A DNA stretch of 64,000 nt from a virus. Taxonomy: Duplodnaviria > Caudoviricetes. Numbering within the stretch: position 1 is the stretch's first letter; every line of letters begins with the position of its first letter. The notes beneath the pieces are model-generated. The model did not search any database. It had not been told where the DNA came from and was given only the letters and a program-made list of their open reading frames with translations. This document shows, piece after piece, positions 1 to 9,621 of the stretch. The stretch covers positions 8,988 through 72,987 of the IMG/VR virus record IMGVR_UViG_3300035696_003004; one strand, 5' to 3'. The position numbers were made by a program, and so were the translations under genes.

Positions 1-1
1 T

Positions 2-703
2 TCTAAACGGCGGCGAGTAGCGATTATTAGCCGTGAAGATGCGCCGCAAGAAACTGCTCGACGGCTGCGGCTACTTCAGGCTGGCTCAGCGGCGCGCGCC
101 GAATACAACTGGGGACAAGTCTGGATCAACACTGTGGCGCAAAGTCCGGAATTCCTTTTAAATTCCACCGAAGAAGTCGATGCCCTTATCAAAGAATTGC
201 AAATGGAGCAATTCGATCTGGCAATTTTCGATGTGTTGCGCGAACTACACACGGGCGATGAAAACGACAACACAATTATGGCTGCGGTATTGGCAACCTT
301 AAAACGCATTCAGGCGGAAGCGCGTTGCGCAATTTTGCTCCTTCACCATCTTTCAAAACAGCAAAGTTTAAATGTTTTCCGCGACGCCCGCGGTGCGGGG
401 GCAATCCATGGTTGGACGGAATGGGGCGTGGGATTAACAGTCGAAGACGAAAGTTTGCCACGTCGTGATTGGGTAAGAAAGGCGGATTTTGAACTTAAAT
501 ATGCTTGTCCCGCCGATCCGGTGTATTTCCGGTTTGTTGGCGATGATGCGGCTTTAAACATTGAGCTTACGGAACCACCGATTAAGCCGGTTTTGGTGCC
601 GCGCCGAAGTCAAGTGCGGGCAATGACTAGCTACAACGGATTTGACAACAAAAGCCGCGCATATAAACACGACGATGATGATGATGAAAGTAAAGCCTTA
701 TGA
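2..703 (+). CDS. RepA/AAA_25-like replicative helicase, C-terminal part (5' end outside window)
   Basis: Frame is open from base 2. Motifs VAIISRED, LAIFDVLRELH..DEND and ILLLHHLSK...RGAGAI are typical of the RepA (RSF1010-type) SF4 helicase fold. Confidence 0.75.
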   Translation, partial: SKRRRVAIISREDAPQETARRLRLLQAGSAARAEYNWGQVWINTVAQSPEFLLNSTEEVDALIKELQMEQFDLAIFDVLRELHTGDENDNTIMAAVLATLKRIQAEARCAILLLHHLSKQQSLNVFRDARGAGAIHGWTEWGVGLTVEDESLPRRDWVRKADFELKYACPADPVYFRFVGDDAALNIELTEPPIKPVLVPRRSQVRAMTSYNGFDNKSRAYKHDDDDDESKAL

Positions 704-2142
704 GTTATCGAATTTTGGAGGGCGATGTAATCGAGCAATTGAAAACGTTGGCCGATGCATCGGTTGATTCCATCGTTACGGACCCTCCTTACGGTTTGGA
801 ATTTATGGGCAAGGATTGGGATGCTCCGTGGAAGACAGATCGTCGGCAAGGATTCAACGGTACCATGCAGATGCCAAATAGCCCTTACGGCCGTAGCAAA
901 GTTCGCAATGGGAGCGGTGCCAGTTATGGTGCCGACGCGCGGGTGATGCAAGCGTTGCAAGAGTGGCATTTTTCTTGGGCCCAAGAGGCGCTGCGCGTGT
1001 TGAAGCCAGGCGGTTATTTGCTGGCTTTTGGCGGGAGCCGAACCTTCCATCGGCTAGCCTGTGCGATTGAAGATGCTGGCTTTGAGATCCGCGACCAAAT
1101 TCAATGGATCTATTCGAGTGGATTCCCGAAATCAGTGAACGTATCAAAGGCAATTGATAAGGCGATGAAGGCGGAGCGCGTTGTTGTTGCGCCAGCTCCT
1201 TACAAACGTGGAACAGCGACGCAACGATATAGCGAAACAAGAAATGTTAGCTATGATTATCCACCGTTACCTATCACCGCACCGGCGACTGCTTCTGCTA
1301 AGCAATGGACTGGTTGGGGTACTGCGCTAAAGCCAGCCCATGAAACAATTGTGGTGGCGCGTAAGCCGCTTGAAGGAACTGTAGCGGCGAATGTATTGAA
1401 GTACGGCACGGGAGCACTAAACATCGATGTTTGCCGAATTTCAAGCGAAGGTGGTACCCAGCGTAAAAACGAAGCTTCACAGAATCGGCGGTATAGCGGT
1501 AGCGGAAGTACAAGTTTTTCTTTAAAGCCTGGTCCACGTGGAGGAGACCCACTTGGTCGCTGGCCAGCCAACGTGATTCATGATGGCAGTGAAGAAGTAG
1601 TCAATCTGTTTCCGCAAACAACAAGCGGAATGATGAAGGCCGGAACGGTTCGTGCGGCTCAGGATGAACCGGGAAGTGTCTGCTTTGGAGTTTATGGCGG
1701 GAATGCGACAAGCGTAGACACCTATGGAGATTCGGGAAGTGCTGCACGGTTTTTTTATTGCGCTAAAGTGAGCCGAGAAGAGCGCAACAAAGGATGCGAA
1801 GGGCTTAATAAAAAGCCGATGTTATGGTCGGCGGGCACGCAGTCGCCTGGTACGTTTCAAAGCAAAGGAACAGATCGTAGCGCGAATAATGCACATCCCA
1901 CAGTAAAGCCTTTAGCTTTGATGACTTATCTCTGCCGATTGGTTACGCCGCCTAAAGGCACAGTTCTTGATTTGTTTATGGGTTCGGGGAGTACAGGAAT
2001 TGCGGCTTTGCGGGAAGGATTCGATTTTATTGGTATTGAATTGAATCCTGAATATGTAAAGATCGCGCGACTGCGAATCGAAGCGGATGCGCCATTGTTT
2101 AATGCGGCGCAAGAAGAGGGGGCACATGACCAAATTAATTGA
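700..2142 (+). CDS. Phage DNA N6/N4 methyltransferase (beta-type)
   Basis: Catalytic motif VTDPPY, HPTVKP motif, SAM-binding VLDLFMGSGSTG; ATGA overlap with the helicase. Confidence 0.93.
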   Translation: MSYRILEGDVIEQLKTLADASVDSIVTDPPYGLEFMGKDWDAPWKTDRRQGFNGTMQMPNSPYGRSKVRNGSGASYGADARVMQALQEWHFSWAQEALRVLKPGGYLLAFGGSRTFHRLACAIEDAGFEIRDQIQWIYSSGFPKSVNVSKAIDKAMKAERVVVAPAPYKRGTATQRYSETRNVSYDYPPLPITAPATASAKQWTGWGTALKPAHETIVVARKPLEGTVAANVLKYGTGALNIDVCRISSEGGTQRKNEASQNRRYSGSGSTSFSLKPGPRGGDPLGRWPANVIHDGSEEVVNLFPQTTSGMMKAGTVRAAQDEPGSVCFGVYGGNATSVDTYGDSGSAARFFYCAKVSREERNKGCEGLNKKPMLWSAGTQSPGTFQSKGTDRSANNAHPTVKPLALMTYLCRLVTPPKGTVLDLFMGSGSTGIAALREGFDFIGIELNPEYVKIARLRIEADAPLFNAAQEEGAHDQIN

Positions 2143-2362
2143 AAAAAATGCTTTGTTGTTGGCGGACAAACCAAGCGCAGAGGAAATTGTGCCAGAGTTA
2201 ATAAAAATTGAAACCGGCGATTCAATTTTTATTCCTAACGTAGACAACAGCGGATTTCCGCCGGTATCAAGTATTGCCGTTTATAAGTATGGCCTTAAAA
2301 GCGGCAAAGAGTTTATGGCGGAATACGATGATTGGGGGTTACGCGTATGGCGGACGAAGTAG
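2126..2362 (+). CDS. Hypothetical protein
   Basis: Start follows GAGGGG SD and overlaps the MTase end; operon context. Confidence 0.55.
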   Translation: MTKLIEKNALLLADKPSAEEIVPELIKIETGDSIFIPNVDNSGFPPVSSIAVYKYGLKSGKEFMAEYDDWGLRVWRTK

Positions 2363-2589
2363 TTGACGAAATAACAAACGAGGATGCATGCAGTCGGATT
2401 GCCTATCTCATTCTCGAAGAAGTTCCACATATTGCCAAGCTGCTGGTATTGATTGCCAGGCAAGATGGGACAGCACGTTCAATCGATAACGGTTTAAGCG
2501 CCGATGAAGCGAAGGCGCTGGTTATGAGTTTCCATTCTTGGACAGATCAATGCATTGGAAGAAATAAGGAAAAAGCGAAAGGTAGGTGA
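2347..2589 (+). CDS. Hypothetical protein
   Basis: Tightly packed ORF in the operon. Confidence 0.55.
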   Translation: MADEVVDEITNEDACSRIAYLILEEVPHIAKLLVLIARQDGTARSIDNGLSADEAKALVMSFHSWTDQCIGRNKEKAKGR

Positions 2590-2592
2590 AAC

Positions 2593-3378
2593 ATGGCAAG
2601 CGCAGATCAAGCATTGCTAATCGCTGAAACAATTGAGCCTTCAACAAAATTTTTGTCTATCAACGCGGATTTAGAAAAACGCGTGCAAGAAAGCGATCAT
2701 TGCATCCGACAAGCTTGGGTCAAGATGAGTAAGCGGTCAATGGAAATTGGCTGGGAAGGAGCTTTTTTGCGCTCAACAAATGCATGGCAAATTCTTGGAT
2801 ACGACACTGAAAAAAGTTATCGCGCGGCTGTTGGGATTGGCCGCTCAACTTGGTACAAAATGGTTGATTTGGCGGAACGATTTCAACATTTAACCAAAGA
2901 ACAGTTTATTTCAATGTCTATCGAGAATGCCGAGCAATTGGCGGCGGCACCTTTGGAAACGCGTAAAGACGTGGCAATGGTAAAAGCTGCGTCGGCGATG
3001 ACTGTACATGATTTTGAAAGTGTGCTTGTATTGGAAACCGCCACACGGGAAAATAAGCCAGTCGGCGAGGTCTATGTTTTGATGAAATGGCGCGTAAAGG
3101 AAGCGCAGCGGGAAGTAATTCAACGCGGGCTAAAAGATTGGCAAGAAGAGCATGGAATTGACGATGAAGGATACGCGCTCGAGCTAATGGTAGCCGAATT
3201 CCGTGATCGTCCAACCTTGATTGGTTTTTTAACTCAATCGATCCCTATGTTAACTCGTGAAGTAATGCAAGCGGAGAGGGTTGAAGACATAGAAGGACTC
3301 CGTAAAGTAATTGCGGCGCATATTCACGATATGGGAGAAATTTTAAAACTTTGCTGCGGCGAAAATTTAACTAACTAA
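2593..3378 (+). CDS. Hypothetical phage protein (possible DNA-binding)
   Basis: 261-aa ORF with AGGT SD; segment YRAAVGIGRSTWYKMV is HTH-like. Confidence 0.65.
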   Translation: MASADQALLIAETIEPSTKFLSINADLEKRVQESDHCIRQAWVKMSKRSMEIGWEGAFLRSTNAWQILGYDTEKSYRAAVGIGRSTWYKMVDLAERFQHLTKEQFISMSIENAEQLAAAPLETRKDVAMVKAASAMTVHDFESVLVLETATRENKPVGEVYVLMKWRVKEAQREVIQRGLKDWQEEHGIDDEGYALELMVAEFRDRPTLIGFLTQSIPMLTREVMQAERVEDIEGLRKVIAAHIHDMGEILKLCCGENLTN

Positions 3379-3391
3379 TAAAGGAGCATGA

Positions 3392-3640
3392 ATGTCTTTA
3401 CCGGCAAATGCAGAGGAAATGTGGAAGCATGGGTACCGTTTTTTAAACCATGATAAATGCGAGATTTGCCATCAATCGATTGAATTGTGGCTTAATCCAC
3501 AAGGCCGAAGCATCATAACGAATCCCATGCCCAATAAAAATTCTTCGGTTCAGTTGCATGCGGTGAATTGCAGCAATTATAAACCGACAAAAGAGCAGCG
3601 CAATGAAAAGCAATCTGAAGCCGGCGATTCGCGTTCTTAA
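3392..3640 (+). CDS. Small Zn-binding protein
   Basis: CEIC...HAVNC ligands; AAGGAG SD. Confidence 0.6.
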   Translation: MSLPANAEEMWKHGYRFLNHDKCEICHQSIELWLNPQGRSIITNPMPNKNSSVQLHAVNCSNYKPTKEQRNEKQSEAGDSRS

Positions 3641-3965
3641 AGACGGTAGAGAAATTTGTAACATGCTGACCACGGAAGGCCGGAACGAATATCTGCGGCG
3701 TATTCGCGTTATGTGGGAAAGACAAGGCCGTCGTTGTTGCTTGGAGAAATACGTGAAAGAGTGTCCTGGCAAGTTGCGGCTAGCCGACGCGACTTTCGAG
3801 CATCAAGATGGACGTGGTTATGATGGTGGCCATCGAGACGATAGGATTGAGCGCTTAAACCGTAAAACTGGGAAAATGGAGTTGTATAACGGCGCGGCGC
3901 ATTATGTATGTAACTCCCGTAAAGGTAGCGTACGGATCGATTACCACAAGGAGCTATCGCAATGA
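3603..3965 (+). CDS. HNH endonuclease
   Basis: RCC..C, TFEHQD, N.AAHYVCNSRKG pattern of the HNH beta-beta-alpha-metal fold. Confidence 0.75.
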   Translation: MKSNLKPAIRVLKDGREICNMLTTEGRNEYLRRIRVMWERQGRRCCLEKYVKECPGKLRLADATFEHQDGRGYDGGHRDDRIERLNRKTGKMELYNGAAHYVCNSRKGSVRIDYHKELSQ

Positions 3966-4162
3966 TTCGGAACATAAGCGATAAATTTGAAAAAAGGAAA
4001 TTGATCCAGGAGCAAACCGCACGTTTAGAAATGGACCGCGAATTCTGGTCGGACTGTCTTACTTGCCAGATTGAGGGCTCCGTAAATAACGATGAGGCAG
4101 CAAAAGCAGTTCAAATAGCTGATTTGTTGCTGGAAGCACGGCGAGAGCGGTTTCCGTTATGA
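3962..4162 (+). CDS. Hypothetical protein
   Basis: ATGA overlaps on both sides. Confidence 0.55.
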   Translation: MIRNISDKFEKRKLIQEQTARLEMDREFWSDCLTCQIEGSVNNDEAAKAVQIADLLLEARRERFPL

Positions 4163-4374
4163 CAATTCGGAGGGCGTATCTTTGTTCGATTTGTAATGTA
4201 GAGCGCAAAGAAACCAATCGATGGTTTGTTGCCGTGGAGTCATTGTACGATTTAAAAATTATGCGATGGAAAGATGCCAGTGGGGAAATACTAAATGCCA
4301 CGACAACGCAGCATCTTTGTGGCCAAGCGTGCACGCATAAGTTAGTTGATCGATTTTTAGCCAAAAACCCATAA
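4159..4374 (+). CDS. Small Zn-finger protein
   Basis: CSIC...HLCGQAC ligand set. Confidence 0.6.
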   Translation: MTIRRAYLCSICNVERKETNRWFVAVESLYDLKIMRWKDASGEILNATTTQHLCGQACTHKLVDRFLAKNP

Positions 4375-4389
4375 CAAAAAGGAGCCAAA

Positions 4390-4611
4390 ATGGCAAAAGG
4401 AAAGTTGTTTGAATATGCGGTGTTGTACCATCCAAAGTCTAAAAAAGATTTGGCGGGCAACGAAGAAGTTACAAAGTCAATAATTCTTACCGATGTTACG
4501 CGGCAGTTAGCGGCTACGCCAGATGAAGTATCGATTCTTGCCGCGCGATCAATACCACCTGAATATCTTGACAAGTTGGAGCAAGTTGAAATTGTTGTAC
4601 GACCTTTTTAG
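4390..4611 (+). CDS. Hypothetical protein
   Basis: AAGGAG SD; 73 aa. Confidence 0.65.
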   Translation: MAKGKLFEYAVLYHPKSKKDLAGNEEVTKSIILTDVTRQLAATPDEVSILAARSIPPEYLDKLEQVEIVVRPF

Positions 4612-4619
4612 TCCCCTTA

Positions 4620-4889
4620 ATGAAAAAGAACCGATCATTAGGGGCAACAACTTTAGCTCTTGCTAGTCTTGAAGATGAGTGCCAAACTAAGGAAGAGCGA
4701 GGTTCAGACATAATAACAAGTGCGGTGTATAACCCACCAGCGGGAATTAACCCTTGGGCATTTGTGAGCCCTAGCCCAGAGTTAAGAAATAGCGGGCTAA
4801 GCAATATGAACTATACGGTTTCAAATGCGATTCCCGCAACGGTTTACAGCGCGGCGCAAGTTGCACAACCCATGACTGGCGGCTTATAA
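4620..4889 (+). CDS. Hypothetical protein
   Basis: ORF fills the gap in the operon; SD weak. Confidence 0.35.
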   Translation: MKKNRSLGATTLALASLEDECQTKEERGSDIITSAVYNPPAGINPWAFVSPSPELRNSGLSNMNYTVSNAIPATVYSAAQVAQPMTGGL

Positions 4890-4916
4890 GCCAGCTTTTT
4901 AAATCGTGAGGATATT

Positions 4917-5468
4917 ATGAACAGACGATCATTTTTGCAAGCAGCTACGGTTGGCGGATGTGGCATTGCTTTTGTTCCGCTGGCTGGGATTGAAGGATGC
5001 ACGATAACCGCTTCAACGCTAAAAAGCTATCTTAATACCGTGCTGCAAAGTGCGGAAAACATTTTAGCGTTGTCCTCGTCATCAGATAGTTGGTATACCA
5101 CGTTATCGAACGCAATCAAGGCGCTCGAAGCGACGGAAAGTAATTGGAATGGTTCGACTGCTGTGAGCGTTGTTGTTAGTGCTTTGGATACGTTAGAAGC
5201 TGTTTTAGCGGTTATTCCGGTTACTGCAGCGTATTCTTCGCTGATCGATATATTGGTGAGCGCTATCGAAGTGATTTTGACGACCTTCGTTAAGTCGAGT
5301 ATTGCGGCGTTACCGGTGGAAATGAAGGCTTTAACAAGTGCGAATTCGCACAGAGGCCGTGTGCCTTTGCAAAATCCGCATTTTATGCAAAGTAAAGTTG
5401 GAGCGTATAAGCAGCAGTGGAATGAAGTTGTCAAGGGTATTGGGCTGGATAAGAAGTATCAGCTCTAA
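4917..5468 (+). CDS. Tat-exported (twin-arginine) periplasmic or lipoprotein-like protein
   Basis: N-terminus MNRRSFLQ matches the S/T-R-R-x-F-L Tat motif, followed by a hydrophobic stretch and Cys; GAGG SD. Confidence 0.7.
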   Translation: MNRRSFLQAATVGGCGIAFVPLAGIEGCTITASTLKSYLNTVLQSAENILALSSSSDSWYTTLSNAIKALEATESNWNGSTAVSVVVSALDTLEAVLAVIPVTAAYSSLIDILVSAIEVILTTFVKSSIAALPVEMKALTSANSHRGRVPLQNPHFMQSKVGAYKQQWNEVVKGIGLDKKYQL

Positions 5469-5546
5469 CGGGTGCGTCGGGCCTTCGGTTTTTTTATACA
5501 AAGTTTTGGGACACCGAAGGCCTGGCGTAGGACTATGGAGGATATA

Positions 5547-6401
5547 ATGGGAAACGTTTTTTTGACGCTATCACCGAAAGGACGGAGATACGGGCTATAT
5601 CGTGACAACATCTTTTCGCCAAGTAGAGAGTTGCTGGCGCTGCATGTGCCTGCGCAATTGCAATTACCACCTAAAGCCCAGACCTCGCAATGGATGGGCA
5701 AGATCCGCGATCAGGGGCAAGAAGGAAGCTGTTCTGGTCAGCTAGGCGCCGAGTATCGTGACGCGCTTTACAGAAAACTTTATTTGTTTGAAAAAGAGAA
5801 AGATGTAGCTCCCACCGATTTTATGGCATCGGCAGCCTTTGTTTATTTGTGTAATTTGATTGCCAGCGGCGATTTAGGCCAGGATGTAGGCTCAACGATT
5901 CATCAAACTTTTATTACGCTAAATCAAAAAGGCGCTTGTTTAAACACGAAGGAACCATACTCGGATACCAATTATGCGACACCGCCAAGTGACGAGCAAT
6001 ACTTAGAAGCGCTGATGTACAAAGGAGGTGCCTATCATTTTTTAGGCTCGTTAGAGGAGATTAAAGCGTCGATTGCTTCTGGTTATTCGGTGGGTTTTGG
6101 TATTGATGTGTACGAAAGCTTTGAAGGGGAGCAATTGGCGAAGACGGGCTTTATGCCGCTGCCAAAAGCGAATGAACAATTGCTTGGTAGCCATGCACAA
6201 CATGCGATGGACTACGACGATGAAATCAAGTTTTCTGATGGAATCGAAGGTGGAGTTTTTATTCAAAATTCGTGGGGTAGCAATTGGGGGATCTCGGCGT
6301 CCGGGCGCTCGGATCGCGGTTGCTATTGGATGCCATACGCTTATTTTGACGAGCATGTGCACGATGCTTGGATGATGCACTTGGGGGCAGCGTGGAATTA
6401 A
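5547..6401 (+). CDS. Papain-like (C1A) cysteine peptidase
   Basis: IRDQGQEGSC (oxyanion Gln and catalytic Cys), GSHA (His), QNSWG (Asn); GGAGG SD before 5547. Confidence 0.92.
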   Translation: MGNVFLTLSPKGRRYGLYRDNIFSPSRELLALHVPAQLQLPPKAQTSQWMGKIRDQGQEGSCSGQLGAEYRDALYRKLYLFEKEKDVAPTDFMASAAFVYLCNLIASGDLGQDVGSTIHQTFITLNQKGACLNTKEPYSDTNYATPPSDEQYLEALMYKGGAYHFLGSLEEIKASIASGYSVGFGIDVYESFEGEQLAKTGFMPLPKANEQLLGSHAQHAMDYDDEIKFSDGIEGGVFIQNSWGSNWGISASGRSDRGCYWMPYAYFDEHVHDAWMMHLGAAWN

Positions 6402-6421
6402 ACAGTCGGAAGTATTTCTTT

Positions 6422-6450
6422 TTGCTCTATAGAAACCGGTTTGTTATACT
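6422..6450 (+). promoter_or_regulatory. Sigma70-type promoter
   Basis: TTGCTC-17 bp-TATACT upstream of the 6472 ORF. Confidence 0.5.
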
Positions 6451-6471
6451 TTAAAAAGAAAGGATTATGCC

Positions 6472-6864
6472 ATGTTTTGCAAAATTCATCACGATGTGCA
6501 GCTTATTTGTCCCAAATGCATGGGTGCCCAAGGTGGCAGGATTGGCGGCAAGTCAACGTCAGAGGCTAAAAAACGGTCTTCGCAGCAAAATGCTTATAAA
6601 GCGTATCTAACACGTTTTGAGAAAATGCAGCATAGTTCTAACCCAGTTCCCTTTGATCGGGCGGCGATTTGGGGAAAAGACGATGCATTGGCTTATATTC
6701 GGCAGCATTCGGAAGAGGATGTGACTTCCGAGCTTCTTGTGAAGGCGGCATCCAAGCGAAAAAAAGCCAGTGCGCAGCGATATGCGTCTCAACGTCTTTC
6801 CTTGTTATGTAAAAAAGGCATTATCAAAAAGGTAAGCCGCGGTGTTTACCGACTGAATGCCTAG
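6472..6864 (+). CDS. Small basic protein with GGKSTSEAK motif and C-terminal winged-helix-like segment
   Basis: CPKC, GGKSTSEAKKRSSQQN motif common in small phage proteins; C-terminus GIIKKVSRGVY. Confidence 0.6.
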   Translation: MFCKIHHDVQLICPKCMGAQGGRIGGKSTSEAKKRSSQQNAYKAYLTRFEKMQHSSNPVPFDRAAIWGKDDALAYIRQHSEEDVTSELLVKAASKRKKASAQRYASQRLSLLCKKGIIKKVSRGVYRLNA

Positions 6865-7005
6865 TCAGGGTTGCCGAACAGACGCGCGCAAATTTTTCTG
6901 GACAAAAAGGTGAAAAAGTGGATAGAGTGTTTCTGTATTAGAACCCTTTTTGATCCAACGCCTCTACTTGCTGTAAAGGCAAAGGGGGAGGAAAGGTGAT
7001 GTATC

Positions 7006-8199
7006 ATGCGTAATACGACGATGCGTGATAAATTGTCTGCCGTGCTGGGGGGCTCGATTCCGGTACCCATGACAGGAGCTAAAGCGCGGCGACTGGTGTC
7101 CGCGGAATTGGCAACAAAACACCATAAAAAGCGCCCTTACATGGCTGATCGAAGGCCAGTTGAGTTTAATATTGAGGCTAGAGCTGAACCTGAGACTCAA
7201 GCTCTTCGCTACATAATACCGCCCAAAAAAAGAAAGCCTTTTGCGGTTCATGTATATCCAATTTCCCCTGTTCAACCAGAAATTCAGACACTAGATGAAC
7301 CGCTTGTTGAGGAAACGCCTCCTGTTGAGGTGGTGAAAGAGCCACCAAAGATGGAAGAAGAAGTCTCGCGGCAGTTCGTTGCCGCTTGGCATCGCGCGGA
7401 GCCAATAGCGGTTGTTGCGCCGGTGCCGGTATCCAAGCCGGAGTTAGCGCCTGAAACGCAAGTTGTTGTCAAGGAAGAACTTAACCTGAATCAGCAAAAC
7501 GCAATCGAGTCGCAAATTGCGTTGGAGCCGCAACCTTTAATTTCTTCTTCAAGTGAGACAGAGGTCATTTCAGCATCTGTTGTCCCTGATGAACAAGCTC
7601 CTACGAAACCGCCTCAAGTTGCTGGCTCATTACCGCCAAATTTAAATTGGTTAGAAAAGCAAACGCCATTTGCGCCAGATCTCAAGGGGATAGTGGATCG
7701 GGTACGTGACGCAAAGACGCGAATTGCTTTTACAATGGAGCAATTGCGGCATCGGGAAGAGGAAATCAAAAAACAATGTGAGAAGGCGCGCGCCGATTTG
7801 GATAGCGTTCAATTCCAGATAGAGCAACAGCGCGACTATACCCGTCAATTGGATGACATGATCGCTGCTTGTGCGATTGTTGCCAAACAAAGTGCGGCGA
7901 TAGACCCCGGTTTGTTTTCGCGCATGGTGACTAAGCAAATGAATAAAATCCATACGGTGACTACTCATACAGCCCGTTGGTCTGGCGATCCGTCATTTTG
8001 TCACCGTAAGGATGTTTTGGCGCTCTTGAAGACAAGTCCAAACGAAGAATGGAATGCTGACAAAGTGCGCAAGGGATTGCCAGCGATTATGCAGACTCAT
8101 GCACACAAAGTTGTGCCAGGGATTCTAGCTAATCTTACGAATGAAGGCATTCTGCAACGAGTTAGTGTTGGTTTCTACTGTCTGGCTAAGACAAACTAG
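7006..8199 (+). CDS. Hypothetical protein (Pro/Glu-rich linker, coiled coil, C-terminal wHTH-like)
   Basis: 397-aa ORF ending GILQRVSVGFY, similar to the wing end of the 6472 ORF. Confidence 0.65.
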   Translation: MRNTTMRDKLSAVLGGSIPVPMTGAKARRLVSAELATKHHKKRPYMADRRPVEFNIEARAEPETQALRYIIPPKKRKPFAVHVYPISPVQPEIQTLDEPLVEETPPVEVVKEPPKMEEEVSRQFVAAWHRAEPIAVVAPVPVSKPELAPETQVVVKEELNLNQQNAIESQIALEPQPLISSSSETEVISASVVPDEQAPTKPPQVAGSLPPNLNWLEKQTPFAPDLKGIVDRVRDAKTRIAFTMEQLRHREEEIKKQCEKARADLDSVQFQIEQQRDYTRQLDDMIAACAIVAKQSAAIDPGLFSRMVTKQMNKIHTVTTHTARWSGDPSFCHRKDVLALLKTSPNEEWNADKVRKGLPAIMQTHAHKVVPGILANLTNEGILQRVSVGFYCLAKTN

Positions 8200-8815
8200 C
8201 TTCAGGCTGCTTAGTATTTGCTTCAAAATAGCGCCAAATGGTAGTTTTGGAAACTCCGCACATGGAAGCTATTTTTTGGTAAGTTTTGCCTTGCGTGCGA
8301 AGTTGCCGGGCAAGTTTTTTATCGAATTTGGCTGGCGGAGCGCCTGGTCCTAAATATCCTTTAGGCCCTCGTGTACCTTTGACTTTTTGGTTTTGAAGTC
8401 CTCGCCTTGTGCGCTCGGAAATATAAACACGCTCCTGGTTAACAAAGGTGTTTAAAAGCGAGGTCACAATGGTGCTTGATTCGAGATAGGGATCGTTTAA
8501 AGAGTAAAATTTTATGTTCCACAAGCATAATTGGTGTAAAAGCTTGATTGTAGGCAAGATGCTTTGGCGCGAAAGGTGATTGAGTGACCCAAAAAGGAGT
8601 ATATCAAATTTATTTTTTTGGGCATCGATAAGCATTTTGTGAAATGTGGTTTTGTATGTATTTGGTGCCCCTTTTTGACTTTGCTTTTTCGCAATGTAAA
8701 TCCTTGTTATGGTCCACTTTTTTTGTTTAGCGAAGGTCCGCAATGCGGCGAGTTGATTGGTACTTTGTTGCCGGTGTTGAGGCTCCTCGACGTACAAGTA
8801 AATAGCTGTACGCAT
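8186..8815 (-). CDS. Small serine recombinase (resolvase/invertase)
   Basis: AIYLYV..Q..QLAALR, SLNHLSR, ERVYISERTRRGL and a C-terminal HTH (YQKIASMCGVSKTTIWRY). The usual catalytic R-x-S reads YVEE here, so activity is uncertain. Confidence 0.85.
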   Translation of the reverse strand: MRTAIYLYVEEPQHRQQSTNQLAALRTFAKQKKWTITRIYIAKKQSQKGAPNTYKTTFHKMLIDAQKNKFDILLFGSLNHLSRQSILPTIKLLHQLCLWNIKFYSLNDPYLESSTIVTSLLNTFVNQERVYISERTRRGLQNQKVKGTRGPKGYLGPGAPPAKFDKKLARQLRTQGKTYQKIASMCGVSKTTIWRYFEANTKQPEASLS

Positions 8816-8908
8816 AGGTACTCCTTTCTGGCACAGTGTACCATATAAACGGGCTAAAAATACCCGATAGTTTGGGATTTTGTGCCCGAGCGTGCGAAAA
8901 TTGGAGCG

Positions 8909-9145
8909 ATGATAATACCTGGAAAAATTTGCGTTTGCGATGTATGCGGGGAACGTTGGGTATTTGATCCAACGATTTCTTTACGTGATCGCTGTAAAAA
9001 TCGAAATTGTCGTTCTCGAAAATGGAATTCAGGTGGGAAGGATCGGCGATTTCTTAGCACAACTGGTCAACGTGTCGTAGTTTCATGTGATGAGTCTACA
9101 TCTTTGCCGAAGCTACAGGAGAAAGGGGGAATCGGCAATGACTGA
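8909..9145 (+). CDS. Zn-ribbon protein
   Basis: CDVC..W...C.N..CRSRKWN; paralogous to 13110-13316. Confidence 0.6.
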   Translation: MIIPGKICVCDVCGERWVFDPTISLRDRCKNRNCRSRKWNSGGKDRRFLSTTGQRVVVSCDESTSLPKLQEKGGIGND

Positions 9146-9237
9146 GTTTTTGTTTTAAATGGGTCATGCGCGCAAATTATTTTGTGCATTGCAGTTCAAA
9201 TAGGGTATTGTAGCTAAATGGTAGGGAGGACTTTGTT

Positions 9238-9468
9238 GTGGCGAATCAGCACGATGAAGAAGTTGTTTTGCTCGTTGATATTCGCGCTTTACGCGCGCAA
9301 GCGAAAATTGCCGTTATTGAGGCCGCCAGAATTATTGGAGTCGGGAAGTCGACGCTTGAGCGGGTGGAAACTGGACGTATGCCAAGTTTAAGTGTCGCGC
9401 TGAAAATAGCCGCTTCCTATGGCATTCCGGTAGAACAGATTTGGGGAATACCGGAAGAAAAAGGATAA
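9238..9468 (+). CDS. XRE/Cro-family HTH regulator
   Basis: IEAARIIGVGKSTLERVETGRMPSLSVALKIA is a canonical XRE HTH. Confidence 0.85.
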   Translation: MANQHDEEVVLLVDIRALRAQAKIAVIEAARIIGVGKSTLERVETGRMPSLSVALKIAASYGIPVEQIWGIPEEKG

Positions 9469-9621
9469 TCGCATGAAATCGGCCATTATGAGAAAGCGGC
9501 TTGAAACTCTTTACGAGGAAAATAATCTTGCGCGCTGAGTATCATTGCAATTTTGCAGGGACGAGGGCTCGATTAGCGTAAGCCATCTTTGACATAGGCA
9601 GTAAAGTTTTGGAGATGCGCC

